A stretch of DNA of 58,294 nt from Acidimicrobiia bacterium (lineage in GTDB: Bacteria; Actinomycetota; Acidimicrobiia; IMCC26256; JACDBD01). Positions 35,069 through 44,077 of the stretch are shown one piece after another. The notes beneath the pieces were generated by a model that was not told where the DNA came from, made no database searches, and saw only the letters and a program-made list of their open reading frames with translations. The stretch is taken from the NCBI GenBank assembly GCA_036498645.1, contig DASYFC010000201.1:1-58294 (forward strand), in the 5' to 3' direction. Numbering within the stretch: the stretch's first letter is position 1; every line of letters begins with the position of its first letter. The position numbers and the translations under genes were made by a program.

Positions 35069-35787
35069 GGCGCGACCGCCATGTGCTCTTCGAACCACGC
35101 CAGCGTTCGGTTCCAGCCGTCCTTGGCGGCGGCCTCGTCGTGCGCGTCCCGCTGGTCGCAGTGAAAGCCGTGCTCGGCTTCTGGATACCGGACGATCTCC
35201 GTCGGGACAGGCGACGTCTTCAGTGCGTCGCGCAGCTGCTCGACGTCCTCGACCGGGATCGACTTGTCACGGTCGCCGAACAGCCCGAGCCAGGGAGTTT
35301 GGAGCTTCGAGACCTCGTCGACCAGAGGTGGGAACTGCGGGAACCGCTGCGTGACGATCCCGCCACCGTAGAAGCCGACGGCAGCTCCGAGGGGGCGGCG
35401 CAGTGCGATCAGGAAGGTGACGCGCCCGCCGAAGCAGAACCCGACCGTTCCGACCGACGCGTTCTCCCAACCGGAGGTCTGAAGGTGCTCGAGCGCGGCA
35501 TCCACGTCGACGAGGATGCCGTCGTCGTCGAGATGCTCGTACAGCGGGATCACCTTGGAGAAGTCGGTGTACGGCGCGGTGCCGCCGCCGGCGCGGTGGA
35601 AGAAGTGCGGCGCGACCGCGTGATAGCCGCTGTCGGCGAACCGGCGAGTGACGTCCTCGATGTACGAGTTCACGCCGAACGCCTCCTGGACGACGATGAC
35701 CGCACCGCGGGCGTCGCCGTCCGGTCGCGCTTCGTACAGCGGCATCGGTCCGTGCGCGGTGTCGAGCTCGATGGTTCGGGTGTCCAC
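35065..35787 (-). CDS. Dienelactone hydrolase (carboxymethylenebutenolidase-like)
   Basis: 240 aa. IVVQEAFGVNSYIEDV and VGFCFGG. Starts 9 nt after the trpA stop. Confidence 0.85.
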   Translation of the reverse strand: MDTRTIELDTAHGPMPLYEARPDGDARGAVIVVQEAFGVNSYIEDVTRRFADSGYHAVAPHFFHRAGGGTAPYTDFSKVIPLYEHLDDDGILVDVDAALEHLQTSGWENASVGTVGFCFGGRVTFLIALRRPLGAAVGFYGGGIVTQRFPQFPPLVDEVSKLQTPWLGLFGDRDKSIPVEDVEQLRDALKTSPVPTEIVRYPEAEHGFHCDQRDAHDEAAAKDGWNRTLAWFEEHMAVAP

Positions 35788-35796
35788 GGGTGCTCC

Positions 35797-36579
35797 TTAG
35801 TCTCGGGCGATGGCGTCGAGGGCGGCGCGCAGCTCGGCGACGAACCGGCCCGCCTCTTCCGGTCCCCCGCCGGTCAGCACCCGCCGCACGAGCGCGCTCC
35901 CGACTATGACACCGTCGGACGCCTTCGCTGCCGCCACGGCCTGCGCCGGCGACGAGATCCCGACACCGAGCAGGACGGGCACGTCGCCGGCCGCCTTACA
36001 GCGCCGGCCCATCTCGACCGCCTCACCGGCGAGGGTCGCTCGCTCACCGGTCACGCCCATCAGCGACACGCCGTATACGAAGCCGCGCGACCGGTCGCAG
36101 ATGGCACGGAGGCGATCGTCGGGGGTCGTCGGCGCCGCGAGCAGCACAGTTTCGATGCCGGCGGCGTCGGCGGCGTCCCCCCAACCATCGAGCTCGTCCA
36201 GCGGCAGGTCGGGAACGATCGCGCCGTCGATCCCGGCGTCGGCGAGCTGGGCCGCGAACCGCTCGCTCCCCGCGTGGGCGACGACGTTGTAATACGTCAT
36301 GACGACGAGCGGGATGCTCACGTCGAGCTGCGCGGCCTCGGCCACGATCTTCGCCGGAGTCGCGCCGAGGTCGAGCGCTCGTTGGGACGCCTCCTGGACC
36401 GTGCGCCCGTCCATCACCGGGTCGGAGAACGGGATCCCGATCTCGATGGCGTCCGCACCGGCGTCGGCGACCGCTCGCACGACGTCGAGCCAACCCGAGC
36501 CCAGACCGCCCGTGACGTACGGCGCAAGCAAAGCGCGTCCCGCGTCGCGTCGCTCGCGCAGGTGCGTCTCGAGCCTCAC
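35797..36579 (-). CDS. trpA: Tryptophan synthase alpha chain
   Basis: 260 aa. [14 protein letters not shown] and [13 protein letters not shown]. 4-nt overlap with trpB. Confidence 0.95.
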   Translation of the reverse strand: MRLETHLRERRDAGRALLAPYVTGGLGSGWLDVVRAVADAGADAIEIGIPFSDPVMDGRTVQEASQRALDLGATPAKIVAEAAQLDVSIPLVVMTYYNVVAHAGSERFAAQLADAGIDGAIVPDLPLDELDGWGDAADAAGIETVLLAAPTTPDDRLRAICDRSRGFVYGVSLMGVTGERATLAGEAVEMGRRCKAAGDVPVLLGVGISSPAQAVAAAKASDGVIVGSALVRRVLTGGGPEEAGRFVAELRAALDAIARD

Positions 36580-37820
36580 GCCAGCTGCTCGCCGGTGACG
36601 CGCTCGGCGACCTGAACCGCGTCCTTGTCGCCGCGGCCGGACATCGTCACGAGCACCGTCGCCCCCGCGGGGACGGACCGCCCGGCTTCACGCGCCAGCC
36701 ACGCGACGGCGTGGGCGGGCTCCAGCGCCGGCACGATCCCCTCCGTGACCGACAGCAGCTCGAAGGCGGCGACCGCTTCGTCGTCGGTCGCGTAGGGATA
36801 CTCGGCTCTGCCGGTCGCGGCCAGCTGCGCGTGCTCCGGTCCGACGCCCGGGTAGTCGAGCCCGGCGCTGATCGAGTGCGCCTCCCGGATCTGACCGTCT
36901 TCGTCCTGGAGGAACAGCGACCTCGCGCCGTGGAGGACGCCGGGAACGCCGCGGTTGACCGACGCGCCGTGCTTCCCGGTCTCGGGCCCGAGGCCTCCGG
37001 CTTCCACGCCGACCAGGCGCACGTGCGGGAGGTCGACGAACCCGGCGAATGTGCCGATGGCGTTGGACCCGCCACCGACGCACGCCGCGACGAAGTCGGG
37101 ATCGGCCCCGTCGAGGATCTGCCGGCACTGTTCGCGCGCCTCGTCGCCGACGACCCGCTGGAACTCACGCACCATCCACGGGAAGGGATGCGGGCCGACC
37201 ACCGAGCCGATGCAGTAGTGCGTCGTGTTGACGCTGGCGACCCAGTCGCGCAGCGTCTCGTTGATGGCGTCCTTGAGCGTCGAGCTCCCGGACTCGACCG
37301 GCACGACCTCGGCGCCGAGCAGCTTCATCCGAAAGACGTTCAGGGCTTGGCGCTCGATGTCGACCGCGCCCATGAACACCTTGCACTCGAGGCCGAAGAG
37401 GGCCGCGGCCGTCGCCGTGGCGACGCCGTGCTGCCCGGCACCCGTCTCTGCGATCACGCGCTTCTTCCCCATCCGCCGTGTGAGGAGCGCCTGTCCGAGC
37501 ACGTTGTTGATCTTGTGGGAGCCCGTGTGCGTGAGGTCCTCGCGCTTGAGCAGCACGCGCACGCCGAGGCGCTCCGAGAGCCGCCGGCATTCGGTGACGG
37601 GGGTCGGCCGGCCGGCGTACGTCGTGAGCAGGTCGGCGTACTCGGCGCGGAACCCGTCGTCCGCCCACGCGGCGCGGAAGTCGCGCTCGAGGTCCTCCAG
37701 CGCCGGGACCAGCGTCTCCGGCACGAATCGCCCGCCGAACTCGCCGTACCGGCCGAGCCCTACGGGCTCGGGGCCGGGAGGATCGAGGCGGACGGGCTCG
37801 CCGCGAACGGGCGCTGTCAT
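36576..37820 (-). CDS. trpB: Tryptophan synthase beta chain (TrpB1)
   Basis: ATG at 37820. [24 protein letters not shown] (PLP Lys) and GGGSNAIG. Confidence 0.95.
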   Translation of the reverse strand: MTAPVRGEPVRLDPPGPEPVGLGRYGEFGGRFVPETLVPALEDLERDFRAAWADDGFRAEYADLLTTYAGRPTPVTECRRLSERLGVRVLLKREDLTHTGSHKINNVLGQALLTRRMGKKRVIAETGAGQHGVATATAAALFGLECKVFMGAVDIERQALNVFRMKLLGAEVVPVESGSSTLKDAINETLRDWVASVNTTHYCIGSVVGPHPFPWMVREFQRVVGDEAREQCRQILDGADPDFVAACVGGGSNAIGTFAGFVDLPHVRLVGVEAGGLGPETGKHGASVNRGVPGVLHGARSLFLQDEDGQIREAHSISAGLDYPGVGPEHAQLAATGRAEYPYATDDEAVAAFELLSVTEGIVPALEPAHAVAWLAREAGRSVPAGATVLVTMSGRGDKDAVQVAERVTGEQLA

Positions 37821-37907
37821 GGGCGGATTGTACGGGCCTACCAGCGGTTTCCCGGCCCCGTGTTCTCGGGGAGGCTCAACCGAGAAAGCGGACAGAGGAG
37901 GGGCGCC

Positions 37908-38207
37908 ATGACGCGTTTCGACACCCCGCATCCTGCCGGCTTCACACAAGCCGAAGAGCTCGAGTTGACCGTGGCGGAGCGGATGCGCCGCCAGGAAGCC
38001 AGTGACCTACGCGATCTGGTTCGTATCGGCGACTTTCTCGCCCCCGAGACGCATCGTCAGGGAGGCGTCGACGAGGCAGCTTCGGCGGTCCGAGAATGGG
38101 CGGAGGACGACGTCGAGATGATCGCCGCGGCCGAGGACATGGCCCGGCATCAGCACCGGGACGACTCCGCCGAGATCTTTCACCGGGCGCGAGTCCTCGC
38201 TGCCTAG
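37908..38207 (+). CDS. Hypothetical acidic protein (99 aa)
   Basis: ATG at 37908 follows [46 protein letters not shown]... GC3 is lower than in neighbouring genes. No motif recognised. Confidence 0.4.
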   Translation: MTRFDTPHPAGFTQAEELELTVAERMRRQEASDLRDLVRIGDFLAPETHRQGGVDEAASAVREWAEDDVEMIAAAEDMARHQHRDDSAEIFHRARVLAA

Positions 38208-38929
38208 CCCCTTGGGTTCCGGCGATCGAAAGCCCGGAACAGCTCGACCCACTGGGCGACGCCGGTCGTGTGCGCGTCGGGTCTCGATCTGAAAGCCCGA
38301 GCGACGAACGCCTCGTATCTCGGGTTCACGGCGATCGGCAGCAGCGGCGGGTCCCGTCGGGTCACGACGAGGATGGCGGCGTCCACCGACGGCCGTGGCC
38401 GGAAGCACGTCGCCGGGAGCCGTCGGCCACGGCGGAACTCCCACCACGGTCCCCAACGGGCGCCGAGAAGGTCCGTGGGCGGACCGTCGGCTGCGCGGGC
38501 GCGGGCGCGTGCCACCTGCCACTGGAGGATGAGGTCGGCCCGCTGCAGCCCGCTCACGGGCGGATCGAGGAGCCGACGAAGCACGGCGCCGGTGACGCCG
38601 AAGGGGAGATTGGCGAGCACGCGATAGGGATTGGCCGGGAGTGGCGCGTCCCGCGCGTCGGCGCGCAACACCGTGACGTTGCGGACGGACGCGTAGCGTC
38701 GCGCCAGGATAGAGACGAGCTCGGGATCGAGCTCGACTGCCAGCACCTGAGCCGCGCGGCCCGCGAGCGCATCCGTGAGCGCGCCGCGACCCGCGCCGAG
38801 CTCGACGACGCGATCGTCGCCAGCGACGCCGGCGTCGGCGACGAGTTGCGAAGCGAGGCGCGCGCTACCGAGGAAGTGCTGGCCGAGCCGACTCCGCCTG
38901 GCGCGTCCGGACGGTACGTGCCCGGACAC
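38204..38929 (-). CDS. rRNA adenine N6-methyltransferase family protein (Erm/KsgA-like)
   Basis: GTG at 38929. LGQHFL, SAM motif VVELGAGRGALT, catalytic-type ANLPFGVT, and a short C-terminal domain (241 aa in total). Confidence 0.7.
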   Translation of the reverse strand: MSGHVPSGRARRSRLGQHFLGSARLASQLVADAGVAGDDRVVELGAGRGALTDALAGRAAQVLAVELDPELVSILARRYASVRNVTVLRADARDAPLPANPYRVLANLPFGVTGAVLRRLLDPPVSGLQRADLILQWQVARARARAADGPPTDLLGARWGPWWEFRRGRRLPATCFRPRPSVDAAILVVTRRDPPLLPIAVNPRYEAFVARAFRSRPDAHTTGVAQWVELFRAFDRRNPRG

Positions 38930-39021
38930 GGATGACCACGCCCATGGGGATCCCTCCGAGGTGAGCGCGCATTGGAGCAGACGGCGAAAGTCCGCGCACT
39001 CGATTTTCGGCGTGGTCGACC

Positions 39022-39882
39022 TCAGGCGATGTTCGTCAGAGATCGCACTTCGTCCGCGCTCAGTTGCAGCGCGGCGGCGGCGATGTTCTCCTCGAGGTGC
39101 GCCACCGAGCCGGTGCCGGGGATGGGCAGCATCGACGGCGAGCGGGCGAGCAGCCAGGCGAGCAGAACCTGATGGACGGTCGCACCCTGGCGAGCGGCGA
39201 TGTCGCGCACCACGGAATGCGACTCGTGGTCCTGGATCGGTGCCCACGGTAGGAACGCCAGCTGCTCTTGCTCGCACGCCTCGAGCACCGGGTCCGAAGC
39301 GCGATCAGCGAGGTTGAAGCGGTTCTGCACCGACGCGATCGGCGTGAGGCGTTGCGCCTCGCGGAGCTGTTGGACCGTCACGTTGCTGAGCCCGATGTGC
39401 CGGATCTTTCCTTCCCGCTGGAGCTCGAGCAGCGCGCCGATCGACTCGCCGAACGGCACCGACGGGTCCGGCCGGTGGAACTGGTAGAGCGGGATCTGCT
39501 CGAGCCGCAGGCGCCGGAGGCTGCCGTCGCACGCCTCCTTCAGGTGATCGGGCCGGCCGTTGGCCGGCCACCGTCCGGGGCCGGGGCGCTCGAGACCTCC
39601 CTTCGTAGCGATGACCAGGTCCTCGGGATAGGGGGACAGCGCATCGGCGATGAGGTTCTCGCTCACCTCGGGACCGTACGAGTCGGCGGTGTCGATGAAG
39701 TTCACGTCGAGCTCGATGGCTCGGCGCAGCACCGCCTTGGCCTCGTCGACGTCGGGCGGCTGGCCCCAGATGCCGCGCCCGGTGATGCGCATCGCGCCGA
39801 ACCCGAGGCGATTCACGGTGAGGTCGCCACCGATCGTGATGGTGCCGGCGGCAGCTGCGGTGGGAGTGTTGGAAGCGGCCAT
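39022..39882 (-). CDS. Aldo/keto reductase
   Basis: ATG at 39882. FIDTADSYG, LYQFHRPD, IGLSNV and QNRFNL. Confidence 0.88.
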   Translation of the reverse strand: MAASNTPTAAAAGTITIGGDLTVNRLGFGAMRITGRGIWGQPPDVDEAKAVLRRAIELDVNFIDTADSYGPEVSENLIADALSPYPEDLVIATKGGLERPGPGRWPANGRPDHLKEACDGSLRRLRLEQIPLYQFHRPDPSVPFGESIGALLELQREGKIRHIGLSNVTVQQLREAQRLTPIASVQNRFNLADRASDPVLEACEQEQLAFLPWAPIQDHESHSVVRDIAARQGATVHQVLLAWLLARSPSMLPIPGTGSVAHLEENIAAAALQLSADEVRSLTNIA

Positions 39883-39926
39883 GGCCGCCACACTACGGCC
39901 GCCGCGCGAGCTCGCTCGACGCGTCG

Positions 39927-40616
39927 TCAGGCGCCTTCGGCTTGCCAGTCGTAGGGCTGGTGACCGATACCCCCGTTGGGGCTGCCGCGGTGCTCGAGCG
40001 CGGCGCTGGCCGCTCGCGCCGCCTGGATGAACCGCCGCAGCTTGCGCGGGTCCTTGCGGCCACTGCCGGGCGCGGTCTCGACGCCGGTCGAGACGTCGAC
40101 ACCCCAGGGCCGGACACGCCGGATCGCCTCGGCGACGTTGTCGGGCGTGAGCCCACCGGCGAGCAGGAGACGAACGCCGTCCAATGCGCCGCTGACTTCG
40201 CACCAGTCGAACACGCGGCCCGAGCCCGGGTTGGGCGCATCGAGGAGCACGACGTCCGCGGGACCCTCTGAAGCCATCGAGATCGCCGGGTCTCCGGCGG
40301 CGAAACCCTGGATGACGAGCGGAACGCGCTGGCGGACGTACACGACCTCGGCCGCCGACTCGCGACCGTGAAGCTGCGCGCCTTTGAGCCCCACCCTGTT
40401 GACGATCTCGGCCACGCGCTCGGGGCGCTCGTCGCGGAAGACGCCGAACGTGAGTACTTCGTCGTACGGCACGTGTTTCACGATGTCCGAGGCCTCGTCG
40501 ACCGTGACCATGCGGGGACTGCCGGGGGCGAAGACGAAGCCGAGCGCGTCGGCGCCGAGCGCGATCGCGAGGAGCGCGTCCTTCTCCGTCGTGATGCCGC
40601 AGATCTTGACGAACAT
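39927..40616 (-). CDS. trpF: Phosphoribosylanthranilate isomerase
   Basis: MFVKICGITTEKDALLAIALGADALGFVF...GAQLHG...GSGRVFDW...LLAGGLTPDNV...GVDVSTGVE. About 30 aa of extra C-terminal tail. Confidence 0.85.
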   Translation of the reverse strand: MFVKICGITTEKDALLAIALGADALGFVFAPGSPRMVTVDEASDIVKHVPYDEVLTFGVFRDERPERVAEIVNRVGLKGAQLHGRESAAEVVYVRQRVPLVIQGFAAGDPAISMASEGPADVVLLDAPNPGSGRVFDWCEVSGALDGVRLLLAGGLTPDNVAEAIRRVRPWGVDVSTGVETAPGSGRKDPRKLRRFIQAARAASAALEHRGSPNGGIGHQPYDWQAEGA

Positions 40617-40718
40617 CGCCGGCCACCGCTCCGTCGTCGCTTTCGATGCCCCTCTATAGGTACCGCACCGGACCCGGGAGTTGGTGGACGGTCGACGTCG
40701 GCGGGGCTGCGACGGCGC

Positions 40719-41972
40719 CTAGGAATCGATGAGGCGGCCGTGCAGGTAGTCGTCGTACGCCGAGAGGTCGAGGAGTCCGTGGCCGCTGAAGTTGAACAGG
40801 ATGACGCGCTCCTCGCCGGTCTCCTTGGCGGCGAGCGCTTCGTCGATGACGGCCCGGATGGCGTGGCCGGTTTCGGGAGCCGGGATCTTGCCCTCGGCGT
40901 TGGCGAACTGGATCGACGCTTCGAACGTCTTGCCCTGCGGGTAGGCGACCGCCTCCATGCGGCCGCTCCGCACGAGGCTCGACACGATCGGCGCGTCGCC
41001 GTGATAGCGAAGTCCGCCGGCATGGATGGGAGGCGGCACGAAATCGTGCCCGAGCGTGTACATCGCGAGCAGCGGCGTCATGCCCGCGGTGTCGCCGAAG
41101 TCGTAGTCGAAGGCGCCTTCGGTGAGCGTCGGGCACGACGACGGCTCGGCGGCGACGAGCCGCACGTCGTCGTCGGGGACGAACGGGAGCGCGATGCCGC
41201 TCAGGTTGGATCCGCCGCCGCAGCAGCCGATGACGACGTCGGGGCGCGCATCGCCCGCCAGTGCCAGCTGCTCCTTCGCTTCCAGCCCGATCACCGTCTG
41301 GTGCAGCAACACGTGGTTGAGCACCGATCCGAGTGAATAGTGCGAGTCGGCGCGACCCGCCGCATCGCGCACCGCGTCGCTGATCGCGAGCCCGAGCGAC
41401 CCCGGGTGGTCGGGCTGGTCGACCGGCGACGGGACCACTTCGCCTCCCCACGTCTCCATGAGGATCTTGCGGTAGGGCTTCTGGTCGTACGACGCGCGGA
41501 CCATGTACACCTTGCAGTCGATTCCGAACTGGGCGCACGCGTACGCCAGCGCGCTCCCCCACTGCCCGGCGCCCGTCTCGGTCGTGAGGCGGTGCACGCC
41601 CTCGGCCTTGTTGTAGAAGGCCTGGGCGACGGCAGTGTTGGGCTTGTGCGATCCCGCGGGCGAGATCGACTCGTCCTTGTAGTAGATGCGCGCCGGCGTG
41701 CCGAGCGCGGCCTCGAGCCGCTCGGCACGCACGAGCGGCGTCGGACGCCAGAGGCGGAGAATGTCGAGGACCTCGCCGGGGATGTCGATCCACTGGTCGG
41801 TCGACACCTCTTGGGCGATGAGCCCCATCGGGAAGAGCGGCGCGAGATCGTCGGGACCGACCGGCTCGCGAGTCGCAGGATGCAGGGGCGGCTGGAGTGG
41901 CTCCGGCATGACCGGCAGCACGTTGAACCACGCGGTCGGGATCTGCTCTTCCGACAGGACGATTCGAGTCAC
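40719..41972 (-). CDS. TrpB-like PLP enzyme, TrpB2 subfamily
   Basis: 417 aa. The N-terminal extension [20 protein letters not shown] is typical of TrpB2. PLP Lys block [12 protein letters not shown] and [11 protein letters not shown]. Confidence 0.85.
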   Translation of the reverse strand: MTRIVLSEEQIPTAWFNVLPVMPEPLQPPLHPATREPVGPDDLAPLFPMGLIAQEVSTDQWIDIPGEVLDILRLWRPTPLVRAERLEAALGTPARIYYKDESISPAGSHKPNTAVAQAFYNKAEGVHRLTTETGAGQWGSALAYACAQFGIDCKVYMVRASYDQKPYRKILMETWGGEVVPSPVDQPDHPGSLGLAISDAVRDAAGRADSHYSLGSVLNHVLLHQTVIGLEAKEQLALAGDARPDVVIGCCGGGSNLSGIALPFVPDDDVRLVAAEPSSCPTLTEGAFDYDFGDTAGMTPLLAMYTLGHDFVPPPIHAGGLRYHGDAPIVSSLVRSGRMEAVAYPQGKTFEASIQFANAEGKIPAPETGHAIRAVIDEALAAKETGEERVILFNFSGHGLLDLSAYDDYLHGRLIDS

Positions 41973-41975
41973 CGA

Positions 41976-42779
41976 CTACCTCCTTGTCCGCACTGAATGC
42001 CGGCTCATTGCGTCGACGAGCTGGGTCGGGTCGTCGCTGCGCACGAGCGCCTCACCCACGAGGACTGCGTCGTACCCGGCTTCGGCCATGCGCTCAGCGT
42101 CCGCGGGTGCGCGGATCGCGCTCTCGGCAACGGCGGTGACCTCGCCGGGGATGCGACCGGCCAGCCGCTCGCTCAGACCCAGGTCCTCGCCGAACGTCCC
42201 GAGGTCACGGGCGTTCACGCCGACGATCGGAGCGCCGGCGGCGAGCGCACGGTCGAGCTCGGCATCGTCGTGCGCCTCGACCAGCGCCACGATGCCGACC
42301 TCCTCGGCAAGCTCGCGCAGGCCCGTCAGCAGACCGTCGTCGGTGAGTGCGGCCACGATGAGAAGGACGGCGTCGGCTCCGATCGCTACCGACTCGTACA
42401 CCTGGGTCTCGTCGATGATGAAGTCCTTGCGGAGAGCCGGGATCTCGACCGCGGCGCGCGCCCCTTGCAGGTCGTCGACGGACCCGCCGAAGAACGGCCG
42501 GTCGGTCAGCACGGAGAGCGCGGCGGCGCCCCCCGTCTCGTACGCCTTCGCGACGACGGCCGGGTCGAGGCCGGACGCCAGGTCGCCTTTCGAGGGCGAC
42601 CGTCGCTTGATCTCGGCGACCACGGCGAGGCGACCGTCGCCGCGGCGGAGCGCGCTCGCGAAGTCGCGCGCCGGCGGAGCATCGAGAGCGGCGCGCCGCA
42701 GCGTTCCGCGCGCCTCGGACTCCTGGAGCAGTGCGAGCTCGGCCCGTTTGGCGGCGAGGATCTCCTCCAGCACGCTCAT
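41976..42779 (-). CDS. trpC: Indole-3-glycerol-phosphate synthase
   Basis: ATG at 42779. VVAEIKRRSPSKG, LRKDFIID and VGVNARDL. Confidence 0.93.
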   Translation of the reverse strand: MSVLEEILAAKRAELALLQESEARGTLRRAALDAPPARDFASALRRGDGRLAVVAEIKRRSPSKGDLASGLDPAVVAKAYETGGAAALSVLTDRPFFGGSVDDLQGARAAVEIPALRKDFIIDETQVYESVAIGADAVLLIVAALTDDGLLTGLRELAEEVGIVALVEAHDDAELDRALAAGAPIVGVNARDLGTFGEDLGLSERLAGRIPGEVTAVAESAIRAPADAERMAEAGYDAVLVGEALVRSDDPTQLVDAMSRHSVRTRR

Positions 42780-42816
42780 GCGTTGGTGAGTGTACGGGGG
42801 CTTAGGATGCCGACCC

Positions 42817-43989
42817 ATGGCGATCTTGTTTCCCGACGGCTTCCTATGGGGCACGGCGACGGCCGCGCACCAGGTCGAGGGCGGCAATTGGAACAACGAC
42901 TGGTGGGCGTGGGAGCACACGCCGGGATCGGGTTGCGCCGAGCCCTCCGGCGACGCATGCGACCACTTCTGGCGGTACCCGCAGGACATCGCGCTGCTTG
43001 CCGACCTCGGCTTCGGCGCGTACCGGTTTTCGATCGAATGGTCGCGCATCGAGCCCGAGGACGGTGAGTTCTCGCGGAACGCGCTCGACCACTACCGCCG
43101 CATGATCGATTCGTGCCGTGACAACGGCGTCGAACCCGTCGTGACGTACCACCACTTCACGACCCCCCGGTGGGCCGCGTCGGACGGTGGGTGGGAGAAC
43201 CCGAAGACCGCGGAACGGTTCGCGCGCTTCTGCGAGCGCGCGAGCGCCCACCTCGGTGACGGCGTCGGGATCCACTGCACGCTGAACGAGCCGAACGTCG
43301 TCGCCCTGATGGGCTTCTACCTCGGCGTCTTCCCGCCCGGCACGAGGGACGAAGCGGCGATGGGCAAGGCGACCGACAACCTGATCCAAGCGCACCGCCT
43401 CGCGTCCGACGCGATCAAGGCAGGGCCCGGCGACGCGCCCGTCGGCATGACGCTGTCGATGCACGAGTTCGCTGCCGAGCCCGGAGGGGATGCGCAGATG
43501 GCGCGGGCTCGGGATCGGATGGAAGACGTCTGGCTCGACGCGTGCCGCGGCGACGACTACGTCGGCGTCCAGACCTACACGCGTCTTCGGTTCGGTCCCG
43601 ATGGGCTGCTCGGGCCGGCGGACGGCGTCCCCGCGCTCCAGATGGGCTACGAGTTCTGGCCCCGGGCGCTCGAGACCACGATCCGACGGGCGATCGAGGT
43701 CGCGGGGACGCCCGTCTACGTGACCGAAAACGGGATCGGCACGGCCGACGACGAGCAGCGCGTCCAGTACGTCACCGACGCGCTCGGTCGTGTCGGACGT
43801 TGCCTCGACGACGGTCTCGACGTGCGCGGCTACTTCTACTGGTCGCTGCTCGACAACTTCGAGTGGTCGCTCGGCTACCGGCCGACGTTCGGCCTCGTCG
43901 CGGTCGACCGTGAGACCCAGGCGCGCACCGTGAAGCCGAGCGCCCGCTGGCTGGGCGAGATCGCGCGGGCGAACCGCCTCGACTCCTGA
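42817..43989 (+). CDS. GH1 beta-glucosidase
   Basis: ATG at 42817 (MAILFPDGFLWGTATAAHQVEGG). Acid/base TLNEPN and nucleophile YVTENGIG. Confidence 0.9.
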   Translation: MAILFPDGFLWGTATAAHQVEGGNWNNDWWAWEHTPGSGCAEPSGDACDHFWRYPQDIALLADLGFGAYRFSIEWSRIEPEDGEFSRNALDHYRRMIDSCRDNGVEPVVTYHHFTTPRWAASDGGWENPKTAERFARFCERASAHLGDGVGIHCTLNEPNVVALMGFYLGVFPPGTRDEAAMGKATDNLIQAHRLASDAIKAGPGDAPVGMTLSMHEFAAEPGGDAQMARARDRMEDVWLDACRGDDYVGVQTYTRLRFGPDGLLGPADGVPALQMGYEFWPRALETTIRRAIEVAGTPVYVTENGIGTADDEQRVQYVTDALGRVGRCLDDGLDVRGYFYWSLLDNFEWSLGYRPTFGLVAVDRETQARTVKPSARWLGEIARANRLDS

Positions 43990-44077
43990 CGTTCCCATGA
44001 TGCGTCTTTGAAGTGCGCATAGCGTGCGTCGGATACGCCTGTGTCCCGACGCGCCTACGGGTGAGAGAAATGGGACG

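Noticed and set aside
44026-44052. A GCGTCGG...CCGACGC hairpin after the GH1 gene
   Set aside because: The stem is only 7 bp with a 13-nt loop and no U-tract. It also overlaps the alternative upstream start of the response-regulator ORF. That is too weak to call a terminator.
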